NCBI GenBank assembly: GCA_965197745.1
Contig: CBDANS010000007.1
Coordinates: 1,052,306-1,116,305 of the forward strand
Direction: 5' to 3'
Source: Opitutales bacterium
GTDB taxonomy: Bacteria; Verrucomicrobiota; Verrucomicrobiia; Opitutales; PNEW01
Length of the DNA stretch: 64,000 nt
The notes below the pieces were generated by a model. That model did not search any database, was not told the DNA's origin, and saw nothing but the letters and a program-made list of their open reading frames with translations. Made by a program: the position numbers and the translations under genes. This document shows positions 20,424 to 31,530 of the stretch, piece after piece; the first letter of the stretch is position 1; each line of letters opens with the position of its first letter.

Positions 20424-20801
20424 TCAAACGCTGGGAGGCGGTTTTGTAATAGATTTCTGATCAAGGGAGGCGAGCACCTTGGCTCGGGATTCAAAGATTG
20501 CAATGATCTGGTCGAACCCGCTGATCTCAAAAATTTCCTTGATCGAATCCGACAGAGAATAGAGAGCAAACTTGATGTTCTGTTTCCCAAAAGTCTTGGC
20601 AATCAAGAGGACCGCCCGAAGGCCTGCGCTGCTGATGTAGGTAATCTTTTCAAAGTCGATTATCACGGTATAATCATTTTCCGTAATTGAGGTTCTGACC
20701 GCCTCCTCGAACTCACGTGCATTGGCGCCATCAATGCGCCCCTCCACCCTGATGGTCAAGATGGTGTCTTGTCGTTCAGATTTCAACTGCATCGCTGTCA
20801 T
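20424..20801 (-). CDS. STAS-domain anti-sigma-factor antagonist
   Basis: VIIDFEKITYISSAGLRAVLL contains the conserved phospho-Ser context. Confidence 0.8.
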   Translation of the reverse strand: MTAMQLKSERQDTILTIRVEGRIDGANAREFEEAVRTSITENDYTVIIDFEKITYISSAGLRAVLLIAKTFGKQNIKFALYSLSDSIKEIFEISGFDQIIAIFESRAKVLASLDQKSITKPPPSV

Positions 20802-20971
20802 CTCCTAAGTTTGTTCATGCCCCCAACTATATTTCCACTTGCACGGTGATTATACTTTGAAACACACTTCTATAATGTAGGGTAGAATATAATTTGCAAC
20901 TATAGTGGTAATGTTGCCTATATCAAGGTTTTTTGACAGCGCCCGCTATCTGAAAAGATCATATTAAATGC

Positions 20972-22357
20972 TTATTTGTCCTCCTCCGGCATCAGAACGA
21001 ATTCAGGGTAGGCTTCTATACCCAGTTCCCCCACGTCTTGGCCAAGGCCCTCGATAGACGGTGCGATCCGGGCTCCCAGAGTTTTATCGATGATTAGCCA
21101 GACAAGTAACGAAGTGAAAAATGTAAAGGCCCCGATGGCTGCGATGCCGACAATCTGCACTAGGAAATTACCACCGGCCGCAATACAGGTCGCAAGCGTT
21201 CCCCAGATGCCTGTAAAAAGATGGGCTGGAACCGCACCGACCACGTCATCAATCTTTAAGCTCTCCATCACTTTTATCCCGATGAAGCAAATCGCTCCGC
21301 CCACTGCCCGAATGATAACAGCCCAGTAGTGCACGACAATGTCGGGGGCTGCGGTGATCGCGACAAGACCGGCGATTACACCGTTCAGGCCCGCGAACAG
21401 GTCGACGCGTCCTAAAATGGGCCGCGACAAGCAGATCGCGGTCATAACCCCCGCTGCCGCCGCGAGATTGTTGTTGGCAAAAATATTGCTTATAGCCACG
21501 GCATCTGCCGCGCCGCTCATGGCAAGTTGCGAGCCTCCATTGAAACCAAACCAGCCCATCCAGAGGATGAAGACGCCGAGCATCACGATGGGCACATTCG
21601 AGGGCGGTGTCATCTTCACGGTGCCATCGGCGCGAAATTTGCCTTTCCGTGCCCCAATAACGATGGTCCCTGCGAGCGCCGCCCAACCACCGGTAGAGTG
21701 TACGATTGTCGATCCGGCAAAATCCTTGAATCCCATTTCGGAGAACCATCCGCCGCCCCATGTCCAGGCACCAACGACCGGGTAAATGATTGTCGTCAAC
21801 AATGTGATGAAGATGAAAAAAGACCATAGCTTCACTCGTTCGGCCAGGGTCCCGGACACGATCGACGCGGTCGTCGCTACGAACACCATCTGGAAAAACC
21901 AGTTCGCCATTGTGGATTTACCGCTCCTTAAGACGGCCTCAGCGGCGGCATCGTTTCCAGACAGCAACGCAATCTCCTCTCCTGTCGGCCCATACAGGAA
22001 CTTGAACGACCCGAACCAGTCGTCGACATACATGATATTGTAGCCAACTAGGTAGAAGGTAAGTCCCGCGATGGAATAGAGCCCGACATTCTTCAGACAG
22101 ATCATTGATGCGTTCTTGGTGCGCACGGAACCCGCTTCGAGCATGGTGAAGCCCGCGCACATCCACATTATCAGAACCCCCCATACTAGGAGCATGAAGC
22201 TGTTCAGAACGAATTGCGTTTCGCGATCAACGGCTGCGTACGCGTCCGTTGGGGAAATCAACAGAAAGAGAATGGCTGCAACGGCGACGAATCTGGCCGT
22301 ATGCCAGCAGTGCGCACCAAGACAGGCACCAAATAATCCGGTTTCGTTTCTACTCAC
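20972..22357 (-). CDS. amt: Ammonium transporter
   Basis: About 11 TM segments. Amt signatures FAGSTIVHSTGGWAAL and WGTLA. Confidence 0.9.
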   Translation of the reverse strand: MSRNETGLFGACLGAHCWHTARFVAVAAILFLLISPTDAYAAVDRETQFVLNSFMLLVWGVLIMWMCAGFTMLEAGSVRTKNASMICLKNVGLYSIAGLTFYLVGYNIMYVDDWFGSFKFLYGPTGEEIALLSGNDAAAEAVLRSGKSTMANWFFQMVFVATTASIVSGTLAERVKLWSFFIFITLLTTIIYPVVGAWTWGGGWFSEMGFKDFAGSTIVHSTGGWAALAGTIVIGARKGKFRADGTVKMTPPSNVPIVMLGVFILWMGWFGFNGGSQLAMSGAADAVAISNIFANNNLAAAAGVMTAICLSRPILGRVDLFAGLNGVIAGLVAITAAPDIVVHYWAVIIRAVGGAICFIGIKVMESLKIDDVVGAVPAHLFTGIWGTLATCIAAGGNFLVQIVGIAAIGAFTFFTSLLVWLIIDKTLGARIAPSIEGLGQDVGELGIEAYPEFVLMPEEDK

Positions 22358-22723
22358 TTCCCTCTTACCTCCCAGGTATCTTTTGATCCAAGGGTTTCAC
22401 GAAAGACTGAAACCACCAAAGAGCATACCACCCTGCTCCAAACAGGTGATCTAGGCTCATTTTCAGGTGTTGTTAAGGTGATCATGCAAGGCTTCTGCAT
22501 CAATCCATTTATAAAATAATATTAACTGGATTTATGCTATTATTACATGCACATCCCAGCTATAAGTCAATGTCATTCTTGATCCGTTTATTGGTTCGAA
22601 AAATCTGGCGATCGTCCATCCCGGACGCGTCAGCAACGGCGACAAGGGTACCATTCGGGCATGTGGTCCTGGGTATCCTTCGGCCGCTTATCTAGTCAGC
22701 AAACACCGACGGGCCGAGCGCAT

Positions 22724-25220
22724 TCAGAATAGCTTGCGCAATGTCACGCCGAAGGTCCGTGGTTCGCCCAGGAAGGCGTTAAAGGTCTGAGTCGAGTCCG
22801 GCCCCAGTTCCCCTACCTTGTAGCGGCGCGTCAAAGGCAATTTGAATGTAGTTTTTGGCGAACAGGTTCTTGGCCCACAGCTCCAAGCTCCAATCCCCGT
22901 TGATGCTCCCTATGCCAATGCGCCCATTTACCAAGGCAAAACTATCTTGAAGTTTCTCAACATCCAAGTCTGAACCGGTGTTATAGCTACTCATGTATCG
23001 CAGATTCAGATGCAGGAAACCGAGTAAGGCCCCGTTGAGATCGCGTTCATAGGTGGCAGCACCGGTAACAGTCCATTCAGGCGCGTTGGTGAGCTGTTGT
23101 CCCGCCAAGGATGCATTGGAAATGTTCGCGCCGTACTTCGTATCGGCGTAGGTTAGACCTCCACGCACCGTCAGACCCTCTGATAGCAGGGCTGTCGTTT
23201 CCAGTTCAAGCCCCCGAGAGGTCACCTCATCCAGATTCTCGACTATAAACTGGATTCCATTGAAGGTGTTAAGCTGGAAGTCTTCGAAGTCCATGTAAAA
23301 CATCGTCGCATTGACAGTCACACGCTGGTCGAAGAGGCCAAACTTGCCGCCAACCTCGAAGGAGTCCACTGTCTCCGGCTCGAATTAGAGATCCGCGATC
23401 GAAGGAATGGCGCCCAAGAGTGGATTGGACAGACCGGAACGGTCAAGATTGAAGCCGCCTCCCTTGTAGCCGTGCGCATAGTTGGCGAAGATCAAATCGT
23501 CATCACCGAAGTTATAGGCTATACTGAAGGTGCTGGACCATTCTGTCTCCTCGCGGTCGCCAGTGTATGCACCATCATTGAACGGATTGGTAGATGGCAG
23601 ACACACAAGCCCTATAATGGTGGGTGCCATTTCCGCTGGAATTAGTCCCGAAGCGACCGCCTGTTGCACATTAGTGACGAAAGAAGGGGTACAGGCACGG
23701 TTATTGCTTAGCAAGCTTGCATCGAGATCTTTGGTCTCTTTGGTGTAGCGCAATCCCACAGTGAACTCAAAGTCATCCGCGAAGGTCAAGGTATTATGAG
23801 TGAATATGGCCGAGCTCCTCGACTGCTGAAAAAATTCGTCCTGAACTACACCGTCACCTTCCAAGAACACGGTGCCAGGCGCCAAACCCGTGAACTGAGA
23901 GTAAAAACCACTGAATGGATCTCCGGAAACAAGGCCGTTGATGTAATTCTCATAGTGGGCCCCCGTACGGATGGCGTCTCGAAAAGCAAGGTCCTCCTTA
24001 CTGTAGAAAAACCCCACCAGCCAGTCCACCATTCCGATTTCGCCCTGGGCCCGAAGTTCCTGGGTAAATGTCTCGAACCCTTGGATAAAACTATCCTCGT
24101 CTCTGTACAGAATATCCACGTTGGTAAAGTCGACATCCTGGCTACGAGCCACCTGCCAATCGCGGTAGACTGTAATTGGGGTAACCGTGGCAAACTTTGC
24201 ATCCCAGTTGATCTCAGCTGACAGTCCCCATTCTTTCACATCCTGTTGATAGCCGCGATCAGCATCGACAGCGCTCTTGCGCTCGAACGGATCGCCAAGC
24301 AGTGTGCCGCCGAGGGCCTGTATGAGGCCAAGCGTCGGTCCAGGCACCCAAGTGACAGCACCGCAACACTGTTCATTGCGGTCGGCGTAGTCGCCGATCA
24401 TGCGGACGCTGATAAAGTCGTCCGGTTCCCAAAGCAACTGGCCACGGAATAGCACACGGTCCCGATCGTTGTAATCTCGTTCCAACTCAATATCTTCCAG
24501 AAATCCGTCCCGTTCACTGAACACGGCATCAATGCGCGCTGCCAAGACGTCTTTAATTAAGCTCCCCGTAGCGCCACCTGTCACCCGAATATTGCTATAA
24601 TCGCCGTAACCGACTTCAGCGTACCCGTTGCCTTGGTACTCTGGTGCCTTGGTAATGACATTGATCAGTCCTGCCGAGGTGTTGCGCCCAAACAGGGTTC
24701 CTTGCGGGCCGCGCAGGATTTCGATGCGCTCGACCTCGCCGAGTTCGGTCAAACCGACGTTGTTGCGGTTCCGGTAGACGCCGTCGACAAAAATGCCAAC
24801 TGCGGATTCGAGGCCAGGGTTGTCGCCCGTGGTACCGACACCGCGGATGCGCGCTACTGCGCCCGCGGATTCCGACCCGGAGCTAGATAAAAACAAGCTC
24901 GGCGAGATGGCCATGAGTTCGCGGATATCCTGAACACCGGCAAACTCAATCTGTGTCTCCGAGTAGGGCGTAACGGCAATGGGCACTTCTTGGGATAAGC
25001 GTTCCCGCTTTGTGGACGTCACCACAAATTCCTCCATATCTATCACCAGGATCGATTGTTCTTCCTGTGCCTCAATCTCCTTCCCTTGTCCGTTATCTCC
25101 ATCAAGGGGCTCATGGATCCTTGCAACAAAGAAAAGGCAGATTACAAAATACCTACCCTTATTGTTAAATGTCATATATTCTTCCCTCTCGCCTGATTTG
25201 GAGCCCGCACAGAGGTCCAA
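22724..25220 (-). pseudogene. TonB-dependent receptor with an in-frame TAA and a C-terminal frameshift
   Basis: Plug motifs IEILRGPQGTLFGRN. A TAA stop sits between ...IADL and FEPETVDSFEVGGK (23370-23384). The canonical end PRTFGVTLRKLF* is in another frame and stops at 22724. Confidence 0.8.
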
Positions 25221-25376
25221 TTAGAACAGTCTACTTTTAAGTAGACTCACATATTCCAGTGGAAATCAAGCAGGATAAGTGGTCTAGTCCACAAAATTCA
25301 TAATTTTGCGATTGCCTGGGTAGTTGAATTACATTAAGATATTTTCTGTCAACAAGATATCGTATAATCTCACCAT
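25077..25376. repeat. 300-bp direct repeat, copy 1 (5' end and leader of the TonB-receptor gene)
   Basis: Nearly identical to 27051-27350. Confidence 0.9.
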
Positions 25377-25525
25377 CCTACACACAATTATATGCGGTGT
25401 AATAACCCTATTGGAATTTCAAGCTTTAGCGAGGCGAGAGGGTTGCCGTTAAGAGAATTTGGAAATAAAAAGGCGATTGAGCTAGTGTTTCATAGATTCT
25501 CGTGGACAAGGGTTTGTTGAATCAA

Positions 25526-25687
25526 CCTGCAACTCGGCGAGGTGGCGATAGCGATTGAACTCCGCTTGCGAGAAATGCTGTGCTCGGGGTGCGGGCACAG
25601 CGTTAAGGTTGTCGTAGCCCGTCATTGCATAGAACAATTGATCGTCAATCGATGGAATCAGGATGTTGGTCAACTCGCTGCGCACCT
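25526..25687 (-). pseudogene. Fragment duplicated from the histidine-kinase gene (equivalent to 16945-17107)
   Basis: About 95% nucleotide identity. Encodes LTNILIPSIDDQLFYAMTGYDNLN... Confidence 0.85.
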
Positions 25688-25712
25688 TGACCAATGACCA
25701 CGATCCGACTGG

Positions 25713-26966
25713 CTAGAAATTGTAAATCAGGTTTAACTCGATGAAGCTGTCGCGTCGTAACTCATAGTCGAGAGCTGCTCTGTCGATACCGAGAAGAGCG
25801 ATTACCTCCAGGTGTAGAAACCACTGTTCAGAGATACGCCGGTTCAATTCGACAGCCATTACACGTGAAGTCATGTCCAAGTCTTTCAGGAAACTGGTGA
25901 GAATCTCTGTGCTTTGGGGATCGTTAAACGAAACGCGCGTGCCAAAGAATAGATCATTCTGGAAGATATTGGTCGCATTTCGGTCACGCTCATCGTAAGT
26001 CCATTCGCCGAGCAGGCTGATATCGGTAGTCGAACCCCATACGGAATAAAACGTATATTCACCGCCAAAAGCGGTAGCAACGTAATCCTCTTCCAGGCCG
26101 AGCCGGTTTCGAGTGCCGGAGCGCTGAATAGCCTCAAGCTTGAACAACCAGGAGCCGATAGTTAGCTGGGTGTCCAGCCCAAACTGGCGGATCTGCTCGT
26201 AGTGCGGAGCGAAGACCAGCGCGCCACTGCGGTCTCTGCTCGGCAGTAGTAAAGGCTCCCGGCTGGTACCATCGAATACGCTCAGACCAATATCCAAGGG
26301 TCCTAAACTGTGGCTGTAGCGGGCAGCGAGATCCAGATGCCACTTCTCGGCATCGCTCTCATAAGAGGTCTGCTCAGTGTCCACGACTAGTGGAAAGCGC
26401 AGACGGCCAAATCTGCTCGGAAAGGTGCGCGCGCGGTGGTAGGTCAGACCAAATATTTCTGCCACACCCCAATCTCCGGACCAAGTGAGATGGGCCATGG
26501 GTTGACCTAGCTTAGGTTCTTTGTATGGGTGTTCCACCAAGTCGATCTGGTTGATGATATTTACTAGGTGGCGGGATTCGGTAACTCCCCAGAATACCCG
26601 GTCAACGCCCAGGCGCAGTTCCCATTCATCATTGCCGATTTCGCCGAATAGCAAAAGGTAGGCTTCACGCAGATCGGCATGCGTGCGGTGTGGATCCCAG
26701 GCGTCGTAACGAAATAACGGCGCCAGAGTGAGGCTTCTACCCTCGACGTCCTCAAGATAGAGTTTTAGCTCCGCAACAAAACCGCTGGCATGCGAGCGCT
26801 GGTCGGAATGAGCGGCGGCTTGGGGATGCCACCGGCTTCCAACACTCAAGCGTCCAGAAAACTCGCGGTTAACGATCTCAGCACGTACTTCGACGGGTAA
26901 GACCAAGGCCAAAATCCAGACGGTGCTGAGAACCGTGCTTTGAAGAATAACACGAATCAGCATCAA
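25713..26966 (-). CDS. Putative outer-membrane beta-barrel protein
   Basis: Signal peptide, alternating beta-strand pattern and a terminal ...LIYNF. Confidence 0.55.
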   Translation of the reverse strand: MMLIRVILQSTVLSTVWILALVLPVEVRAEIVNREFSGRLSVGSRWHPQAAAHSDQRSHASGFVAELKLYLEDVEGRSLTLAPLFRYDAWDPHRTHADLREAYLLLFGEIGNDEWELRLGVDRVFWGVTESRHLVNIINQIDLVEHPYKEPKLGQPMAHLTWSGDWGVAEIFGLTYHRARTFPSRFGRLRFPLVVDTEQTSYESDAEKWHLDLAARYSHSLGPLDIGLSVFDGTSREPLLLPSRDRSGALVFAPHYEQIRQFGLDTQLTIGSWLFKLEAIQRSGTRNRLGLEEDYVATAFGGEYTFYSVWGSTTDISLLGEWTYDERDRNATNIFQNDLFFGTRVSFNDPQSTEILTSFLKDLDMTSRVMAVELNRRISEQWFLHLEVIALLGIDRAALDYELRRDSFIELNLIYNF

Positions 26967-27050
26967 CTTACTCGTCTCAGCCCTGTTTGGGTGAAATCGC
27001 AGTCATTGAGTTCAGTTCGGAACTGATAATCCGTCCAGGTCAACACGGTG

Positions 27051-27350
27051 CTCCTTCCCTTGTCCGTTCGCTCCATCAAGGGGCTCATGGATCCTTGCAA
27101 CAAAGAAGAGGCAGATTACAAAATACCTACCCCTATTGTTAAATGTCATATATTCTTCCCTCTCGCCTGATTTGGAGCCCGCACAGAGGTCCAATTAGAA
27201 CAGTCTACTTTTAAGTAGACTCACATATTCCAGTGGAAATCAAGCAGGATAAGTGGTCTAGTCCACAAAATTCATAATTTTGCGATTGCCTGGGTAGTTG
27301 AATTACATTAAGATATTTTCTGTCAACAAGATATCGTATAATTTCACCAT
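27051..27350. repeat. 300-bp direct repeat, copy 2
   Basis: Includes the orphan ORF 27012..27194, which repeats the TonB-receptor N-terminus. Confidence 0.9.
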
Positions 27351-27906
27351 AAAGGTGTCTTCCAGAATCTTAAGTGCAATCTCAAGGCTTACCAGAAGCG
27401 GTCCAATCTGGGGCTAGAGTGGCCATTCGGGGACCGCAGGCCATACGTTTTCCACACTGACTGTTTCGATGTAACCGTTGTACTCTCGCCGATCATCGCC
27501 AGCTGCGGACGCTGAACGTGAAAAGTCTGGATTGTGGTCCATTGGATAGGAAAGAGAAGTGTATACTTAATTAACAAACCTCCTCTTTTTTCGCATAGCG
27601 CTGACAATCTCGTTGGCTGAAAAGTGCCTGTCAAGATCCGATGACACTAAATTGACTGGTTTCTTGGTAATGTAGCACCCTGCACCGTGGCCCTGTTACA
27701 TTGCAATTTGGCACTTGTCGATCATTGCATCCAGAACTGGCTTCATTTGCTAGGGGACAAGACTCTGGATATTACGGTTGAGCCCTTCACCATGGATGGG
27801 AAGCGAACGCCCGACAAGCAGCCGCCGTTCAAAGGCGTGAGGCTCAGCCCCTGATACATATTACTATTGACACGCCAAAGAAATATCGACAAATTGAAAA
27901 TTTGAG

Positions 27907-29061
27907 ATGGTTAAAATACCAACGGCATATACGGAAAGTTATGCGAAGGCCTGTCTCGTCGACCCTACGGCGGCTGATAACTATATCAAGCACACCCTGA
28001 TTGGGGATCCTGAACTTGACCCGGTGATGGAGGAACTCTCCTCGTTGCCTCCTGGGGACCTGCACCGGTTCATCGAGGCTGGCATAGAGCAGCAGGATGA
28101 TGTCCTGCCCACTGCGCCGCGGGTACTGCGCGATTACTTCGAAAATTTTAAAGATCCTCCCTGGCTCGACTACGAAGCCTTTCGTCCAGGGATTCGCGCC
28201 TTCCACGCAAACGTAAACCTCATGCTCGTTGCATTCGTTACGGGGGTGCTAGTGGAAGGCTTTTCGACGCTTATCGCGAAGTCTTTCAATATTACCGGGC
28301 GGGTGGCCTCGACGAAAAGACGACTCCAGCAGAATAACCGCCACATGATGGATATTTTTTTCCCCGGTGGATTGCTAAGAAATGGCGATGGATGGAAGCT
28401 GTCCACGCGCATTCGCTTCATTCATACTCGGATAAGGAACCTGTTGGCGAAATCCGACGATTGGAATCACGAAGCTTTGGGCATGCCGGTAAGTGCTGCG
28501 CACTTGGGATTTGCCATATCCGTATTTTCCCAGCGCTTGGTAGAATACTCGTTGTTGGTGGGCGCGTTACTTAACAAGGAAGAACAAGAGAGTGTTATTA
28601 ATGTTTGGCGCTACACCGGTTATCTCATGGGGATACCTGAAACAATCCTGTATACCAGTCGCGCGGACGCGGTAAAAATGTACAAAATCGGGTATCTGTG
28701 CGAGCCGCCGCCGGACTCCGATTCGGTGACTGTGGCGAATATGTTGATTCAGTCCATTCCTTCAGTTGCGGATATAAACGATCCCGTTGAAAAGAAAAAC
28801 CTAGTAAAATTGGCCTACCGTCTTTCACGAGCCCTCATAGGAAACCGAATCGCCGACCAGTTTCAGTTCCCCAAGACCTCTACCCTAGGAACCCTGTGGA
28901 TTTACCGGATGAAACAACGCTTCCAGCGATTCCTGAAGAGCAATCAGATCCTTAGGTCGGAGAATTTTTCTCAACTTCTGAAAATCTCGGTGTACGACGA
29001 TCAAGGACTAAGTTACAGGATGCCCAACCACGTCCACACAGCAAAATCAATCGACTGGTGA
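27907..29061 (+). CDS. DUF2236/MpaB-family oxygenase-like protein
   Basis: Size and the motif STRIRFIHTRIRNLL resemble the MpaB/rubber-oxygenase fold family (from memory). Confidence 0.55.
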   Translation: MVKIPTAYTESYAKACLVDPTAADNYIKHTLIGDPELDPVMEELSSLPPGDLHRFIEAGIEQQDDVLPTAPRVLRDYFENFKDPPWLDYEAFRPGIRAFHANVNLMLVAFVTGVLVEGFSTLIAKSFNITGRVASTKRRLQQNNRHMMDIFFPGGLLRNGDGWKLSTRIRFIHTRIRNLLAKSDDWNHEALGMPVSAAHLGFAISVFSQRLVEYSLLVGALLNKEEQESVINVWRYTGYLMGIPETILYTSRADAVKMYKIGYLCEPPPDSDSVTVANMLIQSIPSVADINDPVEKKNLVKLAYRLSRALIGNRIADQFQFPKTSTLGTLWIYRMKQRFQRFLKSNQILRSENFSQLLKISVYDDQGLSYRMPNHVHTAKSIDW

Positions 29062-29214
29062 AGATGCTTAAGGCTGTTGTACAACCAACTTCGAATGGCA
29101 CCCGTTTCCGTCTGGTAACAGGAAACAGGGATTTGGCCATTAGAGGGAACAAAGGTATCTGTAGTCGGCAGTGTCGATAGCACTACGCAATCGAGTCGGC
29201 GATTCAGTCGCAGC

Positions 29215-31530
29215 TTGCAGCCCAGGAGCGTCGAGGCTATGAATCCTTTGCAATTGGACCGCTACATTGCGACCATTGTGAGCCACCGGTGGCTGGTCGC
29301 TGCTCTGGCCGTGTTGGTCATGGTGGTGATGGCGGCGGGCGTACGCTTTATTTCCGTGACAAACGATTACCGAATCATGCTGGGTGAAGACAATCCGCAA
29401 CTCGCGGCTTTTGACGCCCTGGAGAACACCTATTCGGTATCGAACAAGGCCCTGATTGCCGTCGCCCCTCAGGAGGGCTTGGTGTTCACTCGCGAGGCGC
29501 TTGGGGCGATTGAGGAGCTGACCGAAACCGCGTGGCGTGCCCCTTATTCCAATCGGGTCGACTCCCTGAGCAACTACTCCCATAGCGAGGCCTCCGGGGA
29601 TGATTTGATTGTCGAACCGCTCGTCGATAACGCGCAATCGCTGAGTGATGCTGACGTGGCGCGGATCGAGACGATCGCGCTGAACGCAATCGAGATTGCG
29701 GGGCGTCTGGTCTCCCATGACGGACGTGTGGGCGGGTTGGTGATCAATTTCGTACTGCCCGAAAATCCGGATGCCGCGGTGGTCGAGATAACCGATTATC
29801 TTGATGCCCAGCTGGAAAAGGCGCGCGCGCGCCATCCGGATGTCGCTTTTTACCTGACCGGCGATGTTATCATGAACCGCGCTTTCGCCGACGCCACCCA
29901 AGATGATTTGAAGACCCTCGTACCGGTCGTGTTTGTGATCATCACAGCCGCTGCAGCCTTTCTGCTGCGTTCGGTATGGGGCACTCTGGCCATCGTTGTC
30001 GTGCTGGTGTTCGTGGTCAACACCACTATGGGGTTCGCCGGCTGGCTCGGCACGGTGTTCAACCCCGCCAATTCTGGCGTACCGCTCATCGTCATGGCAG
30101 TCGCCGTCGCGCATTCGGTGCATATCGTCTTAACCACTTTACAGCGCATGAGCCATGGTCTGGACAGGAATGCGGCGATTGCGCAATCGCTTCGTAGCAA
30201 TGCCTATCCGGTGTTTCTTACCACCCTCACGACGGCGATCGGGTTTCTCAGCCTGAATGCATCGGATTCGCCACCTTTTCACGACTTAGGCAATTACGTG
30301 GCCTTTGGCGTGTTATGTGCCTTCGTCTACTCCATGACTCTCCTGCCAGCGATGCTTTCGCTCCTGCCATTGCGTGCGCCTCCTGTCCGCCCTGAACGGC
30401 CTGTCTTCTTCGACCGCTTCGGCGCCTTTGTCGTCGAATACCGCAGATTCTTGCTTTGGTTCGTCGTCCTTCTGGCCGTGTTGCTGGCCATGGGCATTCC
30501 CCGCAATGAACTGAGCGACAACTGGACGCGGTATTTCGATGATCGTTATGAGTTTCGGCGCCACACAGACTTCGTCATCGAAAACCTGACGGGTTTGGAA
30601 ACGCTGGAATACTCGCTGAACACGGGGTGCGAAGGCGGTATCACCGATCCCGAATACCTACAGACAATTAATGGTTTCGCCGAATGGTACCGGGGGCAAC
30701 CCGAAGTGGTCCATGTCCAGGCCTTTCCGGACATCATGAAGCGTCTCAACAAGAACATGCACGGCGACGACCCGGCCTTCTATCGGTTACCTGACAATCC
30801 GTCGCTCGCTGCGCAATATCTGTTGCTCTACGAGCTTTCACTTCCGTTCGGCAGTGATCTCAACGACCGTATTGACGTCGCCAAATCCGCAACGCGCATG
30901 ACCGTCGTGGTCCGCGGTTCGTCGGCTAGGGAGCAGCGCGAGCTTGATGCGCGTGCGCAGGTTTGGCTCCGCGACCATGCGCCCGACCTTACGACCGCAG
31001 CATCGGGCATCAGTATGGTCTTCGCTCACCTTTCCAAACGAAACATCGACAGCATGCTACGTGGCACGATCATGGCCATGGCCCTCATTTCGCTCATCCT
31101 GATCTGGGTTTTCAAAAGCGTGCGCCTGGGCCTCGTCAGCCTGATCCCAAATTTCCTTCCCGCAGTCATGAGCTTCGGTCTGTGGGGCTATCTCGTCGGC
31201 CGTGTGGGCATTGCCTCCTCAGTCGTCACCGCCGTCGCCTTCGGCATTATCGTGGACGATACCATTCATTTTCTGACCAAATACCTAAAAGCTCGCCGCG
31301 AGGGCCTCCAAGCGTCCGAAGCGGTGCGCTCGGCCTTTCGCACTGTAGGTCAGGCGTTATGGACCACGACCGCGGTCTTGTCGGCGGGCTTCCTGGTGTT
31401 CGCTTCATCGGGATTCGAAGTCAGTTGGGCGCTTGGTCTTCTGGTCACGATCACCGTCATCTTCGCGCTCCTCACCGATTTCTTTCTTCTGTCCACTCTG
31501 CTGATAGCCATCGACCGGGAGAAACCATGA
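29215..31530 (+). CDS. RND-superfamily (MMPL/HpnN-like) exporter
   Basis: Two six-helix bundles, each preceded by a soluble loop. The likely start is Met at 29239. Confidence 0.85.
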   Translation: MQPRSVEAMNPLQLDRYIATIVSHRWLVAALAVLVMVVMAAGVRFISVTNDYRIMLGEDNPQLAAFDALENTYSVSNKALIAVAPQEGLVFTREALGAIEELTETAWRAPYSNRVDSLSNYSHSEASGDDLIVEPLVDNAQSLSDADVARIETIALNAIEIAGRLVSHDGRVGGLVINFVLPENPDAAVVEITDYLDAQLEKARARHPDVAFYLTGDVIMNRAFADATQDDLKTLVPVVFVIITAAAAFLLRSVWGTLAIVVVLVFVVNTTMGFAGWLGTVFNPANSGVPLIVMAVAVAHSVHIVLTTLQRMSHGLDRNAAIAQSLRSNAYPVFLTTLTTAIGFLSLNASDSPPFHDLGNYVAFGVLCAFVYSMTLLPAMLSLLPLRAPPVRPERPVFFDRFGAFVVEYRRFLLWFVVLLAVLLAMGIPRNELSDNWTRYFDDRYEFRRHTDFVIENLTGLETLEYSLNTGCEGGITDPEYLQTINGFAEWYRGQPEVVHVQAFPDIMKRLNKNMHGDDPAFYRLPDNPSLAAQYLLLYELSLPFGSDLNDRIDVAKSATRMTVVVRGSSAREQRELDARAQVWLRDHAPDLTTAASGISMVFAHLSKRNIDSMLRGTIMAMALISLILIWVFKSVRLGLVSLIPNFLPAVMSFGLWGYLVGRVGIASSVVTAVAFGIIVDDTIHFLTKYLKARREGLQASEAVRSAFRTVGQALWTTTAVLSAGFLVFASSGFEVSWALGLLVTITVIFALLTDFFLLSTLLIAIDREKP

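Noticed and set aside
29140-30123. Long antisense or out-of-frame ORFs in the high-GC block (e.g. 29140..30123, 31611..32318, 21249..21827, 15484..16119, 17081..17524, 17564..17848, and the 5' part of 30963..32342)
   Set aside because: These are typical shadow ORFs of GC-rich coding DNA. They overlap strongly supported genes, and their products are Arg/Gly/Ala/Pro-rich without motifs.
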